A stretch of DNA of 64,000 nucleotides from Candidatus Bathyarchaeia archaeon (GTDB lineage: Archaea; Thermoproteota; Bathyarchaeia; 40CM-2-53-6). The translations under genes and the position numbers were made by a program. The notes under the pieces are model-generated. The model ran no database searches and had not been told where the DNA came from. It was given only the letters and a program-made list of their open reading frames with translations. Within the stretch, counting starts at the first letter, position 1. Every line of letters begins with the position of its first letter. Location of the stretch: NCBI GenBank assembly GCA_050013255.1, contig JBEKFP010000001.1, positions 256,001 through 320,000 on the forward strand, given 5' to 3'. This document shows positions 8,877 through 18,055 of the stretch, piece by piece.

Positions 8877-9485
8877 ATGCCAAACAAATATGTTCTTCCG
8901 GAATTGCCATACAAATACAACGCACTCGAACCAGTCATTTCCCAAGAAATAATGACACTGCACCACGACAAACACCACGCAGCCTACGTCACCGGCGCAA
9001 ACGCGGCCCTCGAGAAACTCGACAAAGCCCGTAAAGGCGAAGCCCAAGTCGACATCAAAGCGGTTCTCAGGGATTACAGCTTCCACTATGGAGGCCACAT
9101 CCTCCACAGCATCTTCTGGCCCAACATGGCCGCTCCCGGCAAGGGAGGCGGAACCCCAGGCGGAGCCATCTCAGACAAGATTAACGCTGACTTCGGCAGC
9201 TTCGACAAGTTCAAACAACAATTCTCTGATGCAGCTAAGACGGTTGAGGGCTCAGGATGGGCACTTCTACTCTACGACAACACAACCGACCAACTCGTCC
9301 TAACACAAATCGAAAAACAAAACCACATGCACCTCGCCCAACTCCCAATACTCCTCGGCATCGACGTATGGGAACATGCATACTATCTAACCTACAAAAA
9401 TGACAGAGGGAAATACGTCGACGAGTGGTGGAAGGTTGTTAACTGGAGCGACGTAGACTCGAGGTTCGGCAAAGCAAAACATTAG
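8877..9485 (+). CDS. sod: Fe/Mn superoxide dismutase
   Basis: LHHDKHHAAYV, GGHILHSIFW, DVWEHAYY. Confidence 0.97.
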   Translation: MPNKYVLPELPYKYNALEPVISQEIMTLHHDKHHAAYVTGANAALEKLDKARKGEAQVDIKAVLRDYSFHYGGHILHSIFWPNMAAPGKGGGTPGGAISDKINADFGSFDKFKQQFSDAAKTVEGSGWALLLYDNTTDQLVLTQIEKQNHMHLAQLPILLGIDVWEHAYYLTYKNDRGKYVDEWWKVVNWSDVDSRFGKAKH

Positions 9486-9528
9486 ACAGAAATTAACCAT
9501 TCTACGGGTCTGAATAGAATCAGACCCA

Positions 9529-9554
9529 CCCATTTTTCTCATAAGCGCATTAGG
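9529..9554 (+). repeat. Direct repeat, left copy (CCCATTTTTCTCATAAGCGCATTAGG)
   Basis: Matches 10406-10430 with one indel and one substitution. Confidence 0.8.
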
Positions 9555-9684
9555 CGAGCGATGTTACTTTCAGCGTCAGAAGAATGAGTGAGCTTGTGCA
9601 TAGAAAACAAAATACTCAGGCGCTGGCAGGAGAGCATTTCATACCGTAAGGGAACGAAAGCTGTAAGGCTTCCTAGGGCAAAAC

Positions 9685-10032
9685 TTAGCGTGACCTAACG
9701 AGGACAGGTTTCGGATATTCTTTGACCGCCTTGTCCATCGCTCCTCTGGCAAGGGCCATGTCCAACCGAACCAGCTGCTTTACGACTTCGTTCTGCCTCG
9801 CGAGCTGATACATAGTGGCTCTGCCAACTGATCTCGTAACCTTGACAGCCCCCGATTTTTCGAGTTCCTTCCAATACTTGAAGAAAGTCACCCGTCCCAT
9901 TCCTAGGTTCTTCACTATCTCGTTCTTGGAATAGTCGGAGAGGGAGTTGTCTAGGAAGAAGTCTATGATTCTCAATATGGGACTGGCTCCCAGATACTTA
10001 AGCAGCAAAGTATCGTTCGGCTTGTATGACAT
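9685..10032 (-). CDS. Small winged-helix DNA-binding protein
   Basis: RIIDFFLDN..DYSKNEIVKNLGMGRVTFFKYWKELEKSGAVKVTRSVGRATMYQL wHTH pattern. Confidence 0.75.
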   Translation of the reverse strand: MSYKPNDTLLLKYLGASPILRIIDFFLDNSLSDYSKNEIVKNLGMGRVTFFKYWKELEKSGAVKVTRSVGRATMYQLARQNEVVKQLVRLDMALARGAMDKAVKEYPKPVLVRSR

Positions 10033-10094
10033 ATGAACTTGATTAGTTTTGAAAGTATTTAAAGCTAGACTCTCAAAGTACCATAAGTGAACTC

Positions 10095-10376
10095 ATGCTT
10101 TCCGACGATCAAATCAAGGCCACTATACTGTTCAAGCTTTACAAAAGAGGAAACTGGGGAGGAAGCCACACTGCGCTCGATAATCTGAAGAAAGGATGGA
10201 GGGCGCAAGATCTCGGCAAGCACAGTCTGGCAAGAGTGGAGAAACTGACGAAACAGCTAATTCGTGAGGGCCTGATTGTTCCCAAGCCCACGGGCTACGG
10301 CCTGCAAGTTTCTCTCAATCCGCGCCAGAACGAGGCCATAATCGTGATCATGAAGAAATTCTTTCCAGAAGTCTAG
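10095..10376 (+). CDS. Small basic hypothetical protein (possible wHTH)
   Basis: 93 aa, WGGSHT and KPTGYG motifs; divergent from 9685-10032 across a shared TATTTAAAG box. Confidence 0.6.
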   Translation: MLSDDQIKATILFKLYKRGNWGGSHTALDNLKKGWRAQDLGKHSLARVEKLTKQLIREGLIVPKPTGYGLQVSLNPRQNEAIIVIMKKFFPEV

Positions 10377-10405
10377 TATGCCCAGCTTCTGCCGCTTGGG
10401 TGCTT

Positions 10406-10430
10406 CCCATTTTCTCATAAGCGCATGAGG
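10406..10430 (+). repeat. Direct repeat, right copy (CCCATTTTCTCATAAGCGCATGAGG)
   Basis: Matches 9529-9554. Confidence 0.8.
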
Positions 10431-10518
10431 TACGGTAACTCGGCATAAGGTTCAAAAAGTACTAGGTACGTAGGCTGTTACAGCCTGCTGACGGCAATAG
10501 TCACAGGGTGTTTTTTAT

Positions 10519-10779
10519 TTGGTATGTGATATTTGTAAAGGAGATGGAGAAGTTGCTTGTGCCAAATGCAAAGGCACAGGCTCAATACCATCGAAATGCG
10601 ACGAATGCAAAGCAACCGGCAAACTGACCACTGAAAAGGGGGTACTTGATTGCGATATTTGCAACGGTACCGGCCTAGTTTCAATCAAGTGCAACGAATG
10701 CTTCGGCGGCGGCAAACTCGTCTGTGAGGCATGCGGCGGAACAGGCGGCAAAGAAAGCGAAATAGACGAATCGATCTGA
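10519..10779 (+). CDS. Stand-alone DnaJ-type CxxCxGxG zinc-finger protein
   Basis: Six CxxCx(G/A)xG repeats, no J domain. Confidence 0.8.
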   Translation: MVCDICKGDGEVACAKCKGTGSIPSKCDECKATGKLTTEKGVLDCDICNGTGLVSIKCNECFGGGKLVCEACGGTGGKESEIDESI

Positions 10780-10896
10780 ATTAGCTATCGCCAAACAGAA
10801 CCAGACCAACCGTCTCGTCAGGCTCGAATGGGCCTGCAATTTGGGAGGCAAGGATAAAGCCTCGCCCGGCTTTCCGATACAGGAGTCTGCTTCGCA

Positions 10897-12450
10897 ATGA
10901 AGACGACGCTCATCTCAAGTCAAGAGAAATTCCCATTCCTTCGAGAGCTGTCCATTCAGGACACTAACCCCGGCTCATGTGCTGGCCCTAAGGATTGGAG
11001 CAGCATCCAAGGGCACGAGCTTCTGGAAGTTGCGACTCCGATTGACGGCTCGGTAATCGCCAAGGTGGCACTCGCATCAGTAGACGACTACGAGCACGTC
11101 GTCAAAACCGCTGAGGGAGCTTTCCTCAAATGGCGTTCAACACCCGCACCGGTTCGAGGCCAAATCGTCCGGGAAGTTGGCGACGAACTTCGCAAGCACA
11201 AGGAACAACTTGGCAAGTTAATAACGCTAGAAATGGGCAAAATTGTCGCGGAAGGCACGGGAGAAGTTCAGGAAGCCATTGATATCGCCGATTTCGCTGT
11301 GGGACTCTCACGCCAGCTCTACGGCCTCACGATGCAATCTGAACGCCCGCTTCACCGAATGTACGAGCAATGGCATCCCTTAGGCGTCGTGGGCATAATT
11401 ACGGCCTTCAATTTCCCAGTCGCGGTCTGGTCATGGAACTCAATGATCGCAACTGTCTGCGGTGACACAATGTTATGGAAACCATCCTCGAAAGTCCCAC
11501 TTAGCGCAATTGCAGTTCAACACATCGTAAACCGAGTATTGGAACGCCACCAGCTAACGGGAATCTTTACACTCGTAATAGGTCGGGGCTCAACGATTGG
11601 GGAACGCCTGATCAATGACAAGAGAATTCCGCTAATATCCTCCACTGGGTCAACCACGATGGGAATGCGCGTTGCCGAGGCAGCGGCGAAACGACTGGCA
11701 CGAACCATACTGGAACTGGGTGGCAACAATGGCATAATTGTAGCTGAGGACGCGAACTTAGACCTCGCCGTGCGCGCGATCCTTTTTGGAGCAGTTGGAA
11801 CAGCGGGACAACGTTGCACAACGACTAGGAGGATAATCGCGCAGAAGAAGATCATGGATGAATTGACTTCGAGGCTTGTAAAAGCCTACGGACAAGTTCG
11901 CATCGGCGACCCCTTGGATCCCAACACGGTGATGGGCCCATTGGTTGACGAGGAGGCAGTTGCCAATATGATGAAGGCGTTGGGAACCTTACCGAACCAG
12001 GGCGGGAAGATTGTTACCGGTGGGAAAAGACTCGAACGACCTGGGTTCTATGTGACACCAGCAATAGTCAGGGTTCCAGGCAATACGCAATTGGTCTGTG
12101 AAGAAACGTTTGCACCGATACTCTACATAATGCCCTACGATACCATTGAAGACGCCGTTAGCCTGCATAACGAAGTCCCGCAGGGACTGTCGTCGGCAAT
12201 TTTCACCGAATCCGTCAAGAAAGCGGAGAAGTTTCTCTCCTCCGTGGGCAGTGATTGTGGCATAGCGAACGTGAACATTGGCACGTCTGGAGCCGAGATT
12301 GGTGGAGCATTCGGTGGAGAGAAGGAGACGGGTGGGGGTAGGGAGGCAGGTTCGGATTCTTGGAAACAGTACATGCGCCGCCAGACGACGACGATTAACT
12401 GGGGCGACCAACTGCCTTTAGCACAGGGCATTAAATTCGGTGAAGAATAG
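10897..12450 (+). CDS. Aldehyde dehydrogenase family 7 (antiquitin / alpha-aminoadipate semialdehyde dehydrogenase-like)
   Basis: LELGGNN, GTAGQRCTT, GAEIGGAFGGEKETGGGRE, LPLAQGIKF. Confidence 0.92.
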   Translation: MKTTLISSQEKFPFLRELSIQDTNPGSCAGPKDWSSIQGHELLEVATPIDGSVIAKVALASVDDYEHVVKTAEGAFLKWRSTPAPVRGQIVREVGDELRKHKEQLGKLITLEMGKIVAEGTGEVQEAIDIADFAVGLSRQLYGLTMQSERPLHRMYEQWHPLGVVGIITAFNFPVAVWSWNSMIATVCGDTMLWKPSSKVPLSAIAVQHIVNRVLERHQLTGIFTLVIGRGSTIGERLINDKRIPLISSTGSTTMGMRVAEAAAKRLARTILELGGNNGIIVAEDANLDLAVRAILFGAVGTAGQRCTTTRRIIAQKKIMDELTSRLVKAYGQVRIGDPLDPNTVMGPLVDEEAVANMMKALGTLPNQGGKIVTGGKRLERPGFYVTPAIVRVPGNTQLVCEETFAPILYIMPYDTIEDAVSLHNEVPQGLSSAIFTESVKKAEKFLSSVGSDCGIANVNIGTSGAEIGGAFGGEKETGGGREAGSDSWKQYMRRQTTTINWGDQLPLAQGIKFGEE

Positions 12451-12482
12451 GATAGAGTAAGCAGAAGTATTCAGTGCGTATC

Positions 12483-13415
12483 TTACGTGACATAATCCAG
12501 CCATTCGGAATACTTCTTACTCCGTCCCCGCACCGCATCATCGAAAGCGGCTTGCAGTTTTCTAGTAATTGGATACTCTCCGTTTCCGATTTTTCTTCCG
12601 TCAACTTCCCTGATTGGAGTTATCTCAGCGGCCGTCCCGCAAAGGAACAACTCATCTGACGTGTACAGTTCTTCCCTGGACATGTCGATGCGGCTGCAAT
12701 GGACGCCGATGTCGCCTGCCAGTTGAATCACACTATCGCGGGTAATTCCTCGAAGTATACCTGCTGCAGCTGGCGGCGTCGAGAGCGCGCCACGCTTTAC
12801 GCGAAAGATGTTCTCACCTGTTCCCTCAGAAACCATTCCATTTGCATTTAACAGGATGGCTTCATCATATCCGGCCTTTATTGCCTCAATCTTTGCGAGT
12901 GCTGCGTTTGCGTAGTTTGCGGAGGATTTTGCTTGGGGTGGCAATGTGAGTGGGCTTATTCGCCGCCACGATGAAACGAGGCAACGGACCCCGTTTTTCA
13001 ACGCATCTTTGCCTAGGTAGGCTCCCCAGCGCCATGCTGCTACGGCGAATTCTACCTTGTTTGGTAGGGGGTTAACTCCCATTTCTCCGTAACCGTAGAA
13101 AGCGATCGGCCTTATGTAACACTCGTCAAGTCCGTTAGCTTTGACGACGGATTTGATTGCTCCGGCCATTTCATCTGGGTTGTATGGCAGTTCCATTAGG
13201 TATATCTTCGCGCTGTTAACCAGGCGCCAGACATGGTCATAGAGCCTGAAAATGGCTGGGCCTCGAGTAGTTTTGTAGCACCTGAGTCCTTCGAAAACTG
13301 CCGTCGCATAGTGTAGAGCATGGGTCAGGACGTGTATCTTGGCGTTGTCCCAGTCTACCAAGCTACCGTTGAGCCAGATCTTACTGAGCTTATCCAACAG
13401 CGAAGGCCTCCGCAC
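12483..13415 (-). CDS. ilvE: Branched-chain amino acid aminotransferase
   Basis: THALHYATAVFEG, YIRP, SEGTGENIF, LRGITR, GTAAEITPI. Confidence 0.95.
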   Translation of the reverse strand: MRRPSLLDKLSKIWLNGSLVDWDNAKIHVLTHALHYATAVFEGLRCYKTTRGPAIFRLYDHVWRLVNSAKIYLMELPYNPDEMAGAIKSVVKANGLDECYIRPIAFYGYGEMGVNPLPNKVEFAVAAWRWGAYLGKDALKNGVRCLVSSWRRISPLTLPPQAKSSANYANAALAKIEAIKAGYDEAILLNANGMVSEGTGENIFRVKRGALSTPPAAAGILRGITRDSVIQLAGDIGVHCSRIDMSREELYTSDELFLCGTAAEITPIREVDGRKIGNGEYPITRKLQAAFDDAVRGRSKKYSEWLDYVT

Positions 13416-13486
13416 CAGATGGCTTAGTCAAATAACTAATAATGATGCACTACGAAAAATCGGGTCCTTTATCGTGGTCAAGTGCT

Positions 13487-13924
13487 CTAAGTGATCTGAA
13501 CGTGGTCTATTTGGTAGTAACGTTTGGCTAGCATGCGAGTCTTGTCTATTGTTCGGCCGTTCTTACCAATGGCTAGAGCTTTGTCCTTAGGGTCAACTTC
13601 TACCACCACAATTTTGCGGTCGGGTCTTTCAGTTATTCGAACTTCCTTAATCTTCGCGGGGGATAGACAGTTTCTAATGAGGCCTTCCGCCGTGTCGGAA
13701 AATTCAACGACTTCGATAGGTCTGCCGGTCATCTTACGGAGGGCGTTGATGTTCTTGCCACCCTTACCAATCGCCAACCCCATCTCTCCGGCTTTGGCGA
13801 CGAAGATTATTCTGTCGTCTTCGGTGTCAATTACGCAATCGTTTGCTGTAGCTCCGGTAATGTTTTCAAAGAGTGCAATGAGTCGCATCGTTTCTCCGGT
13901 GAGTTTTATTCCTGAACTGGCCAT
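13487..13924 (-). CDS. nusA: Archaeal NusA
   Basis: Two KH domains (AIGKGGKNI, AIGKNGRTI); conserved position after rpl30e. Confidence 0.95.
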   Translation of the reverse strand: MASSGIKLTGETMRLIALFENITGATANDCVIDTEDDRIIFVAKAGEMGLAIGKGGKNINALRKMTGRPIEVVEFSDTAEGLIRNCLSPAKIKEVRITERPDRKIVVVEVDPKDKALAIGKNGRTIDKTRMLAKRYYQIDHVQIT

Positions 13925-13927
13925 GTC

Positions 13928-14242
13928 TTAACGCTCTGTTAACTTTAGAATCTCTGAATCGCCCGGTTCCTTGATCGTTAGTACGGCTACTACGAAAGGT
14001 TTCAGGCATGCTGCCCCAAGGTCTATGCTGTTACCTGGAAAGTCGAAAATGGGTACAGAAGATTGCTTGGCATATTGAACAATATCTGTCCTGTATCGCG
14101 CGGGGCAGTTGGAGGAAACTATTAGGAGCTTGGCTTTAGCGAACCTTGCAGCGTCAACGGCTTCCTTAACGCCCAAGGCAACTTTGCCAGTTTTCACAGC
14201 GATTTGAATCTGCTTGGTTACGTCTACTTTTGTGGTTTGCAT
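13928..14242 (-). CDS. rpl30e: 50S ribosomal protein L30e
   Basis: AVKTGKVALG, SSNCP, LGAACLKPF, EPGDSEI. Confidence 0.95.
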   Translation of the reverse strand: MQTTKVDVTKQIQIAVKTGKVALGVKEAVDAARFAKAKLLIVSSNCPARYRTDIVQYAKQSSVPIFDFPGNSIDLGAACLKPFVVAVLTIKEPGDSEILKLTER

Positions 14243-17200
14243 TACTTCTTAACCTTCTCAGGCATGGTCATGTAAACTTCGATGAGTCCTGTACCCATAG
14301 GAACCTGTTGGCCGACGATTACGTTTTCTGCAACTCCGCGTAACATGTCCCGTGTGCCTTTGATTGCCGCATCTACGATTGTGGGTATGGTTATTTCAAA
14401 TGCTGCCTTGGCTAGCGTGCTGGCCTTCTCTCCACTCACACCATGCCTGCCGACTTGGAGGACATCACCTGACGAAGTCATAGCGTCGGCGACGAGCATA
14501 ACGTGCCGTATGTCGACATCGAGGCCTTGCTCTTCGAGAACCGATGCCGCCTCTTTTATGATTACGTTGCGTCCGGCTTCAATTCCCAGCACTTCAGCTA
14601 CCTCGTGCATATTGTTCGAAATTGTTCGGGTCGTATCTACGCCTTCGGTTTCAAGAGTTAATTCGAGGTTGGAACCCTCAGTTCGAATGACCCACTCGCT
14701 TTTCTCGCCGGTTTTCTCTTCCATGACTAGTGCACGTTTCACTTGTGGGATTCCTTTCACGTGCATCAACGGCAGCCGCAACACGAGCCTGTTGAATTGT
14801 GCTATGTCCATATCTTGCGGTGCGATGTGGACGGTGTTCCTTTCCACTTCTACTTTGCATCCGCCCGGGGTCACAGCCGCTTTCACGTCTTTGAGGGATA
14901 CTACTCTTTCCCTCATGGCTTCATTGTTCAGGGTGACGATAATTCGCATCTTTGTGATGTCCGATTCGAGGCTTGAAGCGATGTCGCCTAATGTTGTGTG
15001 AGTGATGCTTGTAGCAACTTCCTGCGCCTTCTCGCGGCTCGCGCGCAGTTTCTTGTCGAGGTAGACTATCATGCTTGGCGTGGATGGAATCTTCCGTGCG
15101 TCAACGATTTCGATTAGTCTTGGAAGGCCTAGGGTCACGTTCTGTTCTCTGACACCTGCAAAGTGGAATGTTCTAAGCGTCATCTGAGTTCCGGGCTCAC
15201 CTATTGATTGGGCTGAGACTATTCCTGCAGCTTCTCCAGGTTCGATCATCGATTTACGGTAGTTTTTGACGGCTTCCTTTATTGCTGCGTCAACTCCCTT
15301 CCGTGTGAGTTTCGCGCGGAGCAGGCTCTCTTTCAGTTGCCCCACGAGGCTTGGGGTGAGGTCTTTCTTGACATCTGCAACTTTCCTCTCAATGTAGGCC
15401 TTGCTAGCCTTTGCACCCTTCTCGATTGTGAGTTGGACCCGTTCCACAAGGCGTTCCGTATTCACTGCTTTGCCGTGGTCGCTTTTGGCGGTGTCAACTC
15501 CGTCTTCGCCATACCTGAATTGTATTATGTCGCCCCTTGAATCGCGAACTGTCCCATCATATTCAACCCGAATGTGTTCGAGTGCATTGATCAGCCTGCG
15601 TTGCATGTAGCCGCTTTGTTGCGTCCTCACCGCCGTGTCCACAAGTCCTTCTCTGCCGCCCATTGAGTGGAAGAAGAATTCCACCGGGGTTAAGCCCTCC
15701 TGGTAGGAGGCGTAGACGAACCCGCGTGCTTCTGCACCTACGTCGCCCCTTTCAAAGAATGGAAGTGCCCTGTCCCTGTAACCCCGCCTGATTCGCTGGC
15801 CTCGGATTGATTGTTGGCCTACAGTGGCCACCATTTGCGCAATGTTTAGCATTGAGCCGCGAGCTCCGGTCTTGGTCATTATGACTCCCGAATTGTCGGT
15901 CTCAGTCTTGAGGTACTGTTCTGCCAGCTCGCCGGCTTGGTCGCGTGCCTTGGAAAGTTCATCCATGATTCGAAGTTCAAGGGATTCTTGAACCGTACGG
16001 CCAGGTAGCCTTTCAAGCGTTTTCTTTTTGTATTGCTCAATAAGCTCTTGAACATGTTCTTCGGCCTTCTTAACCGCCTTAGAAATCTTGTCTCTGACCG
16101 AGGCTGAAATATCGAGTTCATCAATTCCGTAGCTAAATCCTCGCAGCGTTATGAAACGGTCAAGGAGTTTGATCAAGCCGTTTAGGAAGATGCGGCCTGG
16201 TTCAGAACCGCTGTCTTTCACTATCCGGTGGAAGAGGGTTTCGGAACGTTCAGCACCGATTGTGTTCTTGTCGATGACTCCTTCGATTAACATCCCGTCT
16301 TTTACTACGACAGAGCTACCGTCTTCCTGCGTGACCATGCTCGATTTGGCCACGAAGTTGAAACCCGCCGGAAGGAATAAGCTGAAGATTTGCTTTCCGC
16401 TCCAGAGCTCATCCGGGCGCTTTATCTCGGGTGCCGGGAGTTCCCCGTTGTACCCTGCCGCAACCAGGAGCCTTCCAACCTCTTCTTTGGTCAAGTAGGT
16501 TGACTTTCTTGTGAGGAGATATGCTGACGTGAGCAAGTCGGTTTTTGCGCCAATTATTGGGCCTCCATAGCGTGGTGAGAGAATCTGGTCTTGTACTTGC
16601 ATGAGGAGTTTTGCTTCCGTTCTTGCCTCCTCGCCTTGGGGGACATGAAGGTTCATTTCGTCGCCATCAAAGTCCGCATTGTACGGCGGGCATACGCATG
16701 GGTTGAGCCTGAAGGTCTTGTAGGGGAGTACTTTCACAGTGTGCGCCATTATCGACATTCGGTGAAGCGAAGGTTGTCGGTTGAAGAGGACAATGTCTCC
16801 ATCCCTAATGTGGCGTTCCACAATGAACCCTGGCTGAATTGCGTCAGCTAGGCTTTCACGTTCAGTGACGAATTCCAATCTGACTCTGCGCCCATCGGGC
16901 CTTACAATGTAGAGGGCGCCAGGGTATTGGTCTGGGCCGTTTCTGATGAGTCGTTTCAACTCATCAACATTCCAAGGTGTGACCCTCTCGGGAATAGTGA
17001 GTCGCTGGGCGACGTCGAGTGGTACGCCGACTTCGTTGATGTCGATATTTGGATCGGGTGAGATTACGGTCCTAGCCGAGAAGTCAACACGCTTTCCAGA
17101 AAGGTTACCCCTGAATCTTCCTTCTTTGCCTTTGAGCCTTTGGCTGAGCGTTTTCAGGGCACGCCCAGACCTATGTCGTGCAGGTGGTAGGCCGGAAACC

Positions 17201-18054
17201 TCGTTGTCAAAGTAGGTAGTGACGTGATATTGGAGTAGTTCGTGAAGTTCCTGGATGATGTTGACGGGAACACCTGACTCTAGGGCTTCCTTCAGTTTCT
17301 GATTTATCCTGATAATGTCGACAAGCTTGTGCGTAAGGTCGTCCTCTGAGCGTATTCCTGACTCGAGTGTGATGGAGGGGCGGACCGTTACAGCCGGGAC
17401 GGGTAGAACTTGCAGGATCATCCACTCAGGCCGTGCAGCGGTGGGCTCCATACCTAATAATCGAAGGTCGTCGTCTGGGATCCTTTCTAGCCGCTCGCGA
17501 ATCTGGCTTGGGTTTAACCTAGCGGCGCCGCCTTCCACCATTTCATGGAAGGTTGTTGGTTTCGCATGTTCAATTGGGTTTTGACGAGCTCCGCAGTGTG
17601 GGCATTCCTGGCTCTTCTTCGCATCCTTCATGACAGTTTCGTAGAATGTAGATGGAATTTCGTTGAGTTGCTTCTGCTGTCTTTGCATCAGTTCATTATA
17701 TGACTTGATTTTGTCGGCTGAGAGTAATATGCGTCCACAGTTTCGGCACGTCACTTGGAGCAGTTTGTGAAGCAGCTTCGCAAAAGCTACGTGAACCACT
17801 GGTTCCGCTAGCTCGATATGTCCGAAGTGTCCGGGGCATGCAGAGGCAGTGTTGCCGCACGTCTTGCATTTCTGTCGTGGTTCTAAGGTGCCTAGTCGGC
17901 CGTCCATCAAGCCCGAAACGATTGGGAGACCATCCTCGTCGTACGTGTCGGCCGTTTGGATCTCTACCGCGGAGAGTTTGCGTATTTCGCTCGGGGAAGT
18001 GAGAGTGAAATGTATACTGCCGATTACCTTAGTTGGTTCTTCAGCTACTGACAT
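14242..18054 (-). CDS. rpoA: DNA-directed RNA polymerase subunit Rpo1, unsplit (A'+A'' fused)
   Basis: NADFDGD catalytic motif and the A''-type AQSIGEPGTQMTLRTFH in one ORF; likely start at ATG 18054. Confidence 0.97.
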   Translation of the reverse strand: MSVAEEPTKVIGSIHFTLTSPSEIRKLSAVEIQTADTYDEDGLPIVSGLMDGRLGTLEPRQKCKTCGNTASACPGHFGHIELAEPVVHVAFAKLLHKLLQVTCRNCGRILLSADKIKSYNELMQRQQKQLNEIPSTFYETVMKDAKKSQECPHCGARQNPIEHAKPTTFHEMVEGGAARLNPSQIRERLERIPDDDLRLLGMEPTAARPEWMILQVLPVPAVTVRPSITLESGIRSEDDLTHKLVDIIRINQKLKEALESGVPVNIIQELHELLQYHVTTYFDNEVSGLPPARHRSGRALKTLSQRLKGKEGRFRGNLSGKRVDFSARTVISPDPNIDINEVGVPLDVAQRLTIPERVTPWNVDELKRLIRNGPDQYPGALYIVRPDGRRVRLEFVTERESLADAIQPGFIVERHIRDGDIVLFNRQPSLHRMSIMAHTVKVLPYKTFRLNPCVCPPYNADFDGDEMNLHVPQGEEARTEAKLLMQVQDQILSPRYGGPIIGAKTDLLTSAYLLTRKSTYLTKEEVGRLLVAAGYNGELPAPEIKRPDELWSGKQIFSLFLPAGFNFVAKSSMVTQEDGSSVVVKDGMLIEGVIDKNTIGAERSETLFHRIVKDSGSEPGRIFLNGLIKLLDRFITLRGFSYGIDELDISASVRDKISKAVKKAEEHVQELIEQYKKKTLERLPGRTVQESLELRIMDELSKARDQAGELAEQYLKTETDNSGVIMTKTGARGSMLNIAQMVATVGQQSIRGQRIRRGYRDRALPFFERGDVGAEARGFVYASYQEGLTPVEFFFHSMGGREGLVDTAVRTQQSGYMQRRLINALEHIRVEYDGTVRDSRGDIIQFRYGEDGVDTAKSDHGKAVNTERLVERVQLTIEKGAKASKAYIERKVADVKKDLTPSLVGQLKESLLRAKLTRKGVDAAIKEAVKNYRKSMIEPGEAAGIVSAQSIGEPGTQMTLRTFHFAGVREQNVTLGLPRLIEIVDARKIPSTPSMIVYLDKKLRASREKAQEVATSITHTTLGDIASSLESDITKMRIIVTLNNEAMRERVVSLKDVKAAVTPGGCKVEVERNTVHIAPQDMDIAQFNRLVLRLPLMHVKGIPQVKRALVMEEKTGEKSEWVIRTEGSNLELTLETEGVDTTRTISNNMHEVAEVLGIEAGRNVIIKEAASVLEEQGLDVDIRHVMLVADAMTSSGDVLQVGRHGVSGEKASTLAKAAFEITIPTIVDAAIKGTRDMLRGVAENVIVGQQVPMGTGLIEVYMTMPEKVKK

Positions 18055-18055
18055 T

